NCBI GenBank assembly: GCA_964392705.1
Contig: CAYMQZ010000004.1
Coordinates: forward strand, 1 to 45,533
Origin: an uncultured Gemmatimonadota bacterium
GTDB lineage: Bacteria > Gemmatimonadota > Gemmatimonadetes > Palauibacterales > Palauibacteraceae
Direction of reading: 5' to 3'
DNA length: 45,533 nucleotides
In this document: positions 16,242-23,486 of the stretch, in pieces
How the letters are laid out: each line of letters starts with the position of its first letter
Position numbering within the stretch: the first letter of the stretch is position 1
Notes under the pieces: generated by a model
Seen by the model: only the letters and a program-made list of their open reading frames with translations
Database searches by the model: none
What the model was told of the DNA's origin: nothing
Translations under genes and position numbers: made by a program

Positions 16242-18131
16242 ATGTGCTTCAAGAACCTGCCGATCGAGTTCGACGAGGCCGGAAGGGCCACGCTCAAGGA
16301 GGCGATCCCCGACCCGTACGCCCAGCGGGAGGTGCGGACGAAGGCGCCGCCGCAGCTGGACCGGGGGCAGATCGAGGAGCTCCTCGCCCGGAACGGCTAC
16401 CTGAAGAACGTGGACTTCGACCCGGTGACCCGGGTGGCGGGCGCGCTCGCCTTCCATTCGGTCTGCGACCTCGAGGAGCGGAAGGTGCTCGAGGCGCGCT
16501 CGATGGCCACGCTGTTCCGGGGCTACGAGATCATCGCCATGGGACGCGACCCCCGGGACGCGATCTTCATCACCAGCCGCGCCTGCGGCGTGTGCGGGGG
16601 CGTGCATTCGGTGACCTCGGCCATGGCCACGGAGATGGCGTTCGGCATCTGCCCGCCGCCATTGGGGATCGTCATCCGCAACCTGGCGCTGGCGCTCGAG
16701 TTCCTGTACGACCACCCGCTCCACCTCTTCCTGCTCGCCGGTCCGGACTACTCGGAGCAGATCGTCCGGCAGACGAACCCCGAGTACCTGGACGTCGCGA
16801 AGACGTGGGAGTGCCCGCACGCCGACCTCCACGGCTTCGCCACGATGCACGAGCTGATGGAGGAGATGAACCCGCTCACGGGGAACCTCTACCTCGAGGC
16901 GCTCCATATGACCCGGGTCGTCCGGGAGGCGTACGTGCTCATCTGCGGCAAGTACCCCCACCCGCAGACGATCGTCCCCGGCGGCATGAGCTCGACCGTG
17001 GACTTCACGGTCATGAACGAGATCTACCAGCGGGTGCAGCGCTTCTTCGACTACGGGAAGAAGGCGGTCGGCATCTGGGAGGACCTCACCGCCTTCTTCT
17101 ACGAGCGCGACCCCCGTTACCGCGAGGTCGGGTCCCGCTCACCCACCATGGTCGACACGGGCATCTTCGACCATCCCGAGGCGTACGACGCCAGGTACGA
17201 GAACGCGGGCGAATGGGGGAAGCGGCGCTGGGAGACCCCGGGCGCGATCGTCGACGGGGAGCTGGTGACGACGGACCTCCACCAGATCAACATGGGGACC
17301 GAAGAGTTCGTCGAGCATTCCTACTACGAAGAGTGGGCCTCGCACCGCCACCCGGAGGACCCGGTCGGGAACCCGCTCAGCAGGTTCCACCCCTGGAACG
17401 AGGAGACCCGCCCCAAGCCCGAGGGCCAGAGCTGGAAGGAGAAGTACTCCTGGGCGAAGTCGCCGCGTTGGGACCGCCGGGCCGCGGAGGCCGGCTGCTA
17501 TGCGAGGCTGTGGAACTCCGCCGCCGCCCGGCAGATGCCCGAGTCGGACTACATGATCCCGACCGGCCGCTCCCTGCGCTTCATCGTGCCGCGCGGGAAG
17601 CTGCCCGAGACGGAGCTCGAATGGGAGATTCCCGAGGACTGGAACGCGTTCGAGCGCAACCTCGGGCGCGCGTACTGCATCCCCTACATGGCCCTGGTGG
17701 CGCAGGAGAACTGGGAGATCGGGATGGAGCTCATGAAGCGGGGAGAGCGGAAGGTCTCGACCCCGTTCGAGGTGCCCAGGAAGGGCCACCGGATCGGCGT
17801 CGGCTTCTGGGGCGCCGGTCGGGGCTGGCTCACGCACCACCTGGAGCTGGAGAACGGCGTGATCTCCAGCTACCAGATCCTCACGCCGTCGACCTGGAAC
17901 GCCTCGCCCCAGGACCCGTGGGGGAACCCCGGCCCCTACGAGGAGGCCGTCCTCAACACGCCGCTGCTGGAGAGCTTCGACGACCCGGATCGCTTCCGCG
18001 GCGTGGACATCCTGCGGACGATACGCAGCTTCGACCCCTGCATGCCGTGCACGACCCATACGCACGTCGAAGGAGCCGACCGCGTCCTGTCGACCGAGGT
18101 GAACACCTGCGCCTGCGGCGTCGAAGAGTAG
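16242..18131 (+). CDS. [NiFe]-hydrogenase large subunit
   Basis: 629 aa. N-terminal Ni-Fe ligand pair in TSRACGVCGGVHS and C-terminal pair in RSFDPCMPCTTHTH, followed by a ~22-aa C-terminal extension (the expected endopeptidase substrate). SD GAGGGGGAA upstream. Confidence 0.95.
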   Translation: MCFKNLPIEFDEAGRATLKEAIPDPYAQREVRTKAPPQLDRGQIEELLARNGYLKNVDFDPVTRVAGALAFHSVCDLEERKVLEARSMATLFRGYEIIAMGRDPRDAIFITSRACGVCGGVHSVTSAMATEMAFGICPPPLGIVIRNLALALEFLYDHPLHLFLLAGPDYSEQIVRQTNPEYLDVAKTWECPHADLHGFATMHELMEEMNPLTGNLYLEALHMTRVVREAYVLICGKYPHPQTIVPGGMSSTVDFTVMNEIYQRVQRFFDYGKKAVGIWEDLTAFFYERDPRYREVGSRSPTMVDTGIFDHPEAYDARYENAGEWGKRRWETPGAIVDGELVTTDLHQINMGTEEFVEHSYYEEWASHRHPEDPVGNPLSRFHPWNEETRPKPEGQSWKEKYSWAKSPRWDRRAAEAGCYARLWNSAAARQMPESDYMIPTGRSLRFIVPRGKLPETELEWEIPEDWNAFERNLGRAYCIPYMALVAQENWEIGMELMKRGERKVSTPFEVPRKGHRIGVGFWGAGRGWLTHHLELENGVISSYQILTPSTWNASPQDPWGNPGPYEEAVLNTPLLESFDDPDRFRGVDILRTIRSFDPCMPCTTHTHVEGADRVLSTEVNTCACGVEE

Positions 18132-18137
18132 GCTCGC

Positions 18138-18893
18138 ATGACCCAGGGCTCCGAGCCGCCCGAAGGGGACTCCACGGCCTCCGGCGACGAGCTGCGCGCC
18201 GCGGCCTCCGGCGACGAGCTGCGCGCCGCGGCCTCCACGCTGGTCGGGGGCGTGGGATATCACGATCTCCGGGACTTCTCGGTCGGGCCCCTGCTGGTCG
18301 AGCGGCTGCGGGCGGAGAGCTGGCCGGACGGCGTCGTGGTCGAGGACCTGAGCTACGACCCCGTGAAGGTCGTCCACCGCCTCGCCGGCCAGGATCCGCC
18401 CTTCCGTCGCCTGGTCGTGGTCTCGTCGGTGCGCCGCGGGCGGCGCGCCGGCACCGTGACCGCCTACCGCTGGGACCGCTCCCTGCCGAACCCCGCGGAG
18501 ATTCAGGACCGGGTCTCGGAGGCCGTGACCGGCGTGATCGGGCTCGACAACCTGCTGATCGTGCTCCGGGCGTTCGGAGAGGCTCCTCCCGAAGTCTACG
18601 TGGTCGAGATCGAGCCGGCCGTGGAGGCGATGGGCGAGGCGCTGAGCCCGCCGGTGGCGGAGGCGGCGGCGGAGGCCGCCCGCCTCGCGCGTCGGCTCGC
18701 CCTGCACGTGGGATCCGAGCCGGCCGTCCCGACGTCGGCCCTCGGGGCCGGAGGCACCATGAACGGGCACGGAGCGGGGCCGCGGGTCACGCCCTTCGAT
18801 CCCCTCTCGCTCGAAGCCGGGACAGGCGACCGTCGGCGCGGGAGCGATCGGGCCGGTAGGGGCGATGCGCCATCGACGGGAGGGGGTTCGTGA
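18138..18893 (+). CDS. Hydrogenase-endopeptidase-like protein with apparently substituted metal ligands and a low-complexity tail
   Basis: The core LVGGVGYHDLRDFSVGPLLVERL...RLVVVSSVRRG...VIGLDNLLIVLRAFG...VYVVEIEP resembles the HybD/HyaD fold. The DA box reads SS and no His is visible at the third ligand position (by-eye alignment). The N-terminus contains a duplicated SGDELRAAA. Confidence 0.5.
   Translation: MTQGSEPPEGDSTASGDELRAAASGDELRAAASTLVGGVGYHDLRDFSVGPLLVERLRAESWPDGVVVEDLSYDPVKVVHRLAGQDPPFRRLVVVSSVRRGRRAGTVTAYRWDRSLPNPAEIQDRVSEAVTGVIGLDNLLIVLRAFGEAPPEVYVVEIEPAVEAMGEALSPPVAEAAAEAARLARRLALHVGSEPAVPTSALGAGGTMNGHGAGPRVTPFDPLSLEAGTGDRRRGSDRAGRGDAPSTGGGS
18177..18230. repeat. Perfect 27-bp tandem duplication (2 copies plus 6 nt of a third)
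   Basis: GCCTCCGGCGACGAGCTGCGCGCCGCG occurs at 18177-18203 and again at 18204-18230, followed by GCCTCC. It is in frame and encodes ASGDELRAA twice. Confidence 0.95.
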
Positions 18894-19918
18894 AGCGCGA
18901 GGAGATCGACGCGCTGTCGGAGCGTCTGAACGGCCTGCTGGCCGAGCTGGAGGCGGGCGCCCCGCCCGAGGTTCTCGAGGCCGTCGTGGAGCTGGTGGAG
19001 GGGATCCAGCGCGTGCACGCGGAGGGCCTCCGGCGGGTGGCCGAGCTGCTCGCCGAGGACCGCGAGCGCTTCGGCCGGGCGCTCGACGACCCCGTGGTCT
19101 CGAACCTCTTCCTGCTCTACGACCTGGCGCTGGTCGATGAGCGGGGGCGGGCCGAGGCCGCCCTCGAGGCCGTGCGCCCGCTGGCCCGCTCCCACGGCGG
19201 CGAGATCGAGCTCGTGGACGTGGACGAGGGCGTCGTGACGGTCCGACTCCACGGCGCCTGCCACGGCTGCCCCTCCTCCACCGCGACGCTCCGGGGCGGG
19301 ATCGAGCGGGTCCTGGTCGAGAGGCTCCCGGGCTTCGTGCGCCTCGAGGTGGCCGGAGAGGACGGCTCGACCGACGCCCCGACCGGCTCCATCCGTCCAG
19401 TCGACGCCCCGGCGGACGCGGGATCCCCGGCCGGAGATGTCGGGAACCCGGTGGGGCCCGGAGCGCTCGAGGCCGGCGGACCGGGTTCCGCGACGGGTGA
19501 CCTGTCCGTCGTGCCGCGGGAGAATCTGGTCCGGCTGGAGAAGCGGCTCTCGGAGGGCCGTCGCCGGGCTTCGAGGTCGGGTACGGGCTCGGAGCCGGAC
19601 GGCGGGTCCGGGCCCCGGCGGGTCGACGTGACGGCCCTCGACGACCTTCCTGGACAGGACCTGTTCGGCACGCTGGTCGGGAACTTTCCCCTCCTCCTGG
19701 TGCCCCTGGGCGACGGCGTGGCCGCCTACCGGAACGTCTGTCCGGGCTCCGCGCTTCCCCTCCATCTGGGCGAGCTGGAGAGCGGGGCTGTCGTCTGTCC
19801 CTGGCACGGTTGCCGGTTCGACGGCCGGACGGGCGAGCGGCGGGAGGGAGCCGGTCCGCCGCTCGAGGCGCTGTCCGCCTCGATCGAGGCGGGCCGGGTG
19901 AAGGTCGACCTCCCGTGA
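18890..19918 (+). CDS. NifU-like domain / Rieske-like domain fusion protein (HhyE/HucE-like putative FeS protein)
   Basis: The central segment HGGEIELVDVDEGVVTVRLHGACHGCPSSTATLRGGIERVL is a NifU C-terminal-type CxxC domain. The C-terminus AAYRNVCPGSALPLHLGELESGAVVCPWHGCRFDGRTGE is Rieske-like. The GTG start overlaps the upstream stop. Confidence 0.7.
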   Translation: MKREEIDALSERLNGLLAELEAGAPPEVLEAVVELVEGIQRVHAEGLRRVAELLAEDRERFGRALDDPVVSNLFLLYDLALVDERGRAEAALEAVRPLARSHGGEIELVDVDEGVVTVRLHGACHGCPSSTATLRGGIERVLVERLPGFVRLEVAGEDGSTDAPTGSIRPVDAPADAGSPAGDVGNPVGPGALEAGGPGSATGDLSVVPRENLVRLEKRLSEGRRRASRSGTGSEPDGGSGPRRVDVTALDDLPGQDLFGTLVGNFPLLLVPLGDGVAAYRNVCPGSALPLHLGELESGAVVCPWHGCRFDGRTGERREGAGPPLEALSASIEAGRVKVDLP

Positions 19919-20433
19919 TCGCGTCCCGCCGCGTCCTGGTCGCCTGCATGGGCAACGTGCTCCGGAGCGACGACGGCTTCGGAGTGGCGGTGGCGAGGGA
20001 GCTGGCGGAGCGAACGCTCCCGCCCGAGGTGACGCTTATCGAGGTGGGCACAGGGGGGATCCACCTCGTGCAGGAGCTGCTCGACGGTTACGATGCGCTG
20101 GTGATCGTGGACGCGGTCGATCGCGAGGCGGAGCCGGGCGCGGTGTTCCTGCTGAAGCCCCGCGTACCGGACCTCGACCCCATGCCGGAGGAGGAGCGGA
20201 GCGCGCTGCTGGCCGACATGCACTACACCGTGCCTTCGCGGGCCCTGATCGTCGCCAAGGCGCTGGGAACGCTGCCCCCGCGGACCTGGATCCTGGGGTG
20301 CCAGCCGCTCGAGGGCCAAGCGCTGGGGCTCGAGCTGTCCGATGTGGTGCGGAAGGCCGTGCCCGTGGCCGTGGCCCGGCTCGAGCGGCTCTGGGGCGAG
20401 CTCGGCCTGACCGAGACCGTGGGACGCCCGTGA
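19915..20433 (+). CDS. [NiFe]-hydrogenase maturation endopeptidase (HyaD/HybD/HupD family)
   Basis: VLVACMGNVLRSDDGFGVAVA, ALVIVDAVD and LLADMHYTVP supply the three conserved acidic/acidic/His metal-ligand boxes. The GTG start overlaps the upstream TGA. Confidence 0.85.
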   Translation: MIASRRVLVACMGNVLRSDDGFGVAVARELAERTLPPEVTLIEVGTGGIHLVQELLDGYDALVIVDAVDREAEPGAVFLLKPRVPDLDPMPEEERSALLADMHYTVPSRALIVAKALGTLPPRTWILGCQPLEGQALGLELSDVVRKAVPVAVARLERLWGELGLTETVGRP

Positions 20434-20879
20434 GCGAGCGCGACGGGGAGACGCCCGTGAGCCAGCCCGAGGATCGGCGAGCGGCCGGTGGCGTCGAGCC
20501 TGGCGGGGACGGCGGCGCGGGGGCGGTCGAGAGGCTCCGGCGGCGCGACGAGATGCTCCAGGTGCTCTTCTGGCTCGAGGGGGAGGGGTTCTCCTCCGAC
20601 ATGACGGCGAGGGGGATCCGGCGTTTCCTGAACTGGCCCCCCGAGAGGATCGCCGCCGGGCTGCAGGACCTCGTGCGGTCGGGCTTCGCGGTGGCCGACG
20701 AGGAGGAGGGCCGCTATCGGCTCACGCGCCAGGGGCGCCACGAGGGCGGACGCCGCTTCCTGGAGGAGTTCGCGCCGATCCTTTCGAGAGACACGCATCA
20801 CGGGAGCGAGTGCCAGGACCCCGACTGCGAGTGCCACACCTCGCCCTTGGGGGCGGCGGCCTGCCGGGCGAACGCATGA
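20430..20879 (+). CDS. Hypothetical winged-helix-like protein with a C-terminal Cys/His cluster
   Basis: GTG 20430 overlaps the upstream stop (alternative ATG 20553). LQVLFWLEGEGF...IAAGLQDLVRSGFAVADEEEGRYRLTRQG looks like a winged helix. The C-terminus is THHGSECQDPDCECHTSP. Its stop overlaps the ATG of the CooC-like gene. Confidence 0.55.
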   Translation: MSERDGETPVSQPEDRRAAGGVEPGGDGGAGAVERLRRRDEMLQVLFWLEGEGFSSDMTARGIRRFLNWPPERIAAGLQDLVRSGFAVADEEEGRYRLTRQGRHEGGRRFLEEFAPILSRDTHHGSECQDPDCECHTSPLGAAACRANA

Positions 20880-21655
20880 AGATCGCTATCGGAGGCAAGG
20901 GAGGCACGGGAAAGACGACCGTGGCCGGCACCCTGGCCCGGGCCCTGGGCCAGGCCGGTCGCGACGTGATCGCCTTCGACGGCGACTCCAACCCGAACCT
21001 CGCGGCGATCGTCGGCTTCCCTCCCGAGGGGACATCGGAGATTTCCGAGCTTCCGCGTGACCTGTTCGAGATCGTGGAGGAGAACGGCGAGCGGCGCCGC
21101 GTGCTCACCATGCCGCCGTCCAAAGTGGTGGACCGCTTCGGGACGGTCGGACCGGACGGGGTCCGCCTGCTGGTGGGGGGGCGCGTCGGCCATGCGGGCG
21201 CGGGGTGAATGTGCCGAGCCCACGCCACGGTCCGTGGCCTCATCGGCGAGTTGGTCGGAGCGGAGCTCGAGGGACGTGACGTCGTCCTCGACATGGAGGC
21301 GGGGCTCGAGCACATGAGCCGCGGCACGCCGCGGCACGTGGACACCCTGCTCGCCGTCGTCGAGCCGTACTTCCGGTCGCTCGAGGCGGGACGGCGGGTC
21401 GTGGAGCTGGCCCGCGAGCTGGACGTTCCCGCCGTCTACGCCGTGGCGAACAAGGTGCGGAGGGACGACGACGCGGCCGCGATCCGGGAGTTCTGCGACC
21501 GCCACGAGCTGCCGATCCTGGTCTCGATCCCCTTCGACGAGTCGATGATCGACGCGGAGCGCGAAGGCCAGGCCCCGATCGACCACGACCCGGCCTCGCC
21601 GGCCGTCTCCGAGATCCGCAGGCTGGCCGGGGCGCTCGTGGCGGACGGGGGATAA
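20876..21655 (+). CDS. CooC-type (MinD/Mrp-class) Ni-insertion ATPase interrupted by an in-frame TGA at 21206-21208 (candidate Sec codon, or pseudogene/split gene)
   Basis: P-loop MKIAIGGKGGTGKTT. Track ORFs 20810-21208 and 21209-21655 are in the same frame and are separated only by the TGA. The joined sequence GRVGHAGAG-[TGA]-MCRAHATVRGLIGEL...VVLDMEAGLEHMSRGT...LLAVVEP aligns with CooC GTVNHAGSG-C-VCPEHALVRTLL...DMEAGIEHFGRGT. Confidence 0.7.
21218..21247 (+). promoter_or_regulatory. SECIS-like stem-loop downstream of the in-frame UGA
   Basis: The apical stem GCCACG (21224-21229) pairs with CGTGGC (21233-21238) around loop GUC (or a 5-bp stem with loop GGUCC). The lower stem GCC (21218-21220) pairs with GGC (21245-21247) across an internal loop. 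The apical stem begins 15 nt after the UGA. Confidence 0.35.
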
Positions 21656-21683
21656 GCGACTCGAGGACCCCGCCCTCCCCGGC

Positions 21684-23486
21684 TCACGGCCCGCTCCCGT
21701 CGTCCTCTGTGGCCGGGTGCGGGGAGGGGATGGCCGAGAGGAGCGCCACCGTGTAGGGATGGGCCGGGTGGGAGAACACCCGTTGCGCTTCCCCGACCTC
21801 CACCAGCCGTCCCAGGTACATCACGGCGACGCGGTGAGCCACCGAGCGGACGACCGCGAGGTCGTGGGCGATGAGCAGCATGGAGATCCCCAGCTCGGCC
21901 TGTAGGTCCCGAAGCAGTCCCAGGACCCGGGCGCGCACCGCCGCATCCAGGGCGGTCACCGGCTCATCGAGCACCAGGACCTCGGGGTCGAGGGCCAGGG
22001 CCCGCGCGATGCCCACACGCTGGCGCTGTCCGCCCGACAGCTGGTGCGGATACCGGCCGGCCAACTCGGGCTCCAGCCGCACGAGCTCCAGGAGCCGACG
22101 CACGCGGGCCTCGCCGCCGGCCGCCCGGAAGCGGCCGTGCGCCCGGAGCGGCGCGGCCACGGTCTCGGCCACGGTGCGGCGCGGGTTGAGCGAGGCGAGC
22201 GGGTCCTGGAAGACCATCTGGATGCGGGCGCGCAGCCGGCGCAGCCGGCGCCGATCCGCCGAGAGGAGGTCCTCGCCGTCCAGGTACACGTGGCCCGCGA
22301 CGGGGCGGTCGAGGGCGAGCAGCGCGCGAGCCAGGGTCGATTTCCCGCAGCCCGATTCCCCGACCAGGCCCATCGTCTCGCCGCGGCGGAGCTCGAAGCT
22401 CACCCCGTCCACCGCGCGGACCGTGGCGCTCCGCGCCCGGGGGCCGTCGCCGCGGTGCTCGACGATCAGGTCCACGACGCGAAGGACCGGCTCCGTGGCG
22501 GCGCCGTCCGTCCCAGGCGCCCGATGCGGGCCGGTCGGCGGGTTCAGGGCGGCCGGCGCGCTCGGGCCGCTCGGCGGGCTCGCCGTGATCCGGGACCCCC
22601 CCTCCGCCCCCGGCTTCGGGCGCGCGGTCCCGTTCGACGGCCCCAGGAGATCCGCGGCCGCGAGCAGCTCGCGCGTCTTCTCCCGCTCCGGATTCGCGAA
22701 CAGCTCCCGGATGGGACGGAACTCGATCACGCGTCCCCCGTCCATGACCGCGACGCGCTCCGCCAGCTGGGCGACGACGGCCAGGTCGTGGGAGATCAGG
22801 AGCGCGGCCGCCCCGGTGTCCCGCAGCGCCTCCCGCAGCAGCTCGAGGATCTGGGCCTGGACGGTCACGTCGAGCGCCGTCGTCGGCTCGTCCGCGATCA
22901 GGAGGCGAGGGCCGTTCGCGATCGCCATGGCCACGACCGCCCGCTGTCTCATGCCCCCGGACCACTGATGGGGGAACGGATGGCGTTCGGCGTGCGCCGC
23001 GGAAATCCCGACTCGTTCCAGGAGTCCGAGCGAGCGTCGGCGGGCCTCCCGCCTCGAGAGGTCCGTGTGCGCCCGCAGGGCCTCCGCGACCTGATCCACG
23101 ACGCGATACCAGGGGTGGAGCGAGGACAGCGGATCCTGGAAGATCATCCCGATCTCGCGTCCCCGGAGCCCTCGCACTCGACGCTCGGGGAGTGAGAGCA
23201 CGTCACGGCCGCGCCAACCGATCCGGCCCCCGATCGCGTGCCGGGCCGGGAGGAGCCGGAGGATCGAGAGGGCCGTGAGCGTCTTCCCGCTTCCCGATTC
23301 GCCGATGAGGCCCACGGTCTCCCCGGCGCGGATCTCCAGGTCGACGCCGCGCAGGGGTCGAGCCCACCCTTCCCGGGTCTCGAGCTCGACGCACAGGTCG
23401 GTCACCCTCAAAAGCTCGCCGCCCCCCGGCGGCTCGCCGCCCGCGAGCCCCGATCCTCGATCGGCCGTCCGCTTTCGTTCGGCCAT
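21684..23486 (-). CDS. Fused double ATP-binding protein of a peptide/nickel-type (Dpp/Opp/Nik) ABC importer
   Basis: 600 aa from ATG at 23486. Two ABC cassettes (GESGSGKT...SGGMRQR...LLIADEPTTALD and GESGCGKST...LSGGQRQR...VLVLDEPVTALD) joined by a Pro/Ala/Gly linker. The longer track ORF (to 24194) overlaps the permease and was rejected. Confidence 0.9.
   Translation of the reverse strand: MAERKRTADRGSGLAGGEPPGGGELLRVTDLCVELETREGWARPLRGVDLEIRAGETVGLIGESGSGKTLTALSILRLLPARHAIGGRIGWRGRDVLSLPERRVRGLRGREIGMIFQDPLSSLHPWYRVVDQVAEALRAHTDLSRREARRRSLGLLERVGISAAHAERHPFPHQWSGGMRQRAVVAMAIANGPRLLIADEPTTALDVTVQAQILELLREALRDTGAAALLISHDLAVVAQLAERVAVMDGGRVIEFRPIRELFANPEREKTRELLAAADLLGPSNGTARPKPGAEGGSRITASPPSGPSAPAALNPPTGPHRAPGTDGAATEPVLRVVDLIVEHRGDGPRARSATVRAVDGVSFELRRGETMGLVGESGCGKSTLARALLALDRPVAGHVYLDGEDLLSADRRRLRRLRARIQMVFQDPLASLNPRRTVAETVAAPLRAHGRFRAAGGEARVRRLLELVRLEPELAGRYPHQLSGGQRQRVGIARALALDPEVLVLDEPVTALDAAVRARVLGLLRDLQAELGISMLLIAHDLAVVRSVAHRVAVMYLGRLVEVGEAQRVFSHPAHPYTVALLSAIPSPHPATEDDGSGP

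Noticed and set aside
17990-18131. Possibility that the large subunit is a [NiFeSe] enzyme with Sec in the C-terminal ligand box.
   Set aside because: The box reads DPCMPCTTH with ordinary Cys codons, and the large-subunit gene has no in-frame TGA.
21206-21211. Reading TGA-ATG simply as a boundary between two ordinary genes (20876-21208 and 21209-21655).
   Set aside because: This is not fully excluded but disfavoured. Each half alone is an incomplete CooC/MinD fold, and the break falls inside the CxC metal-binding motif. It is kept as an alternative under the selenocysteine finding.
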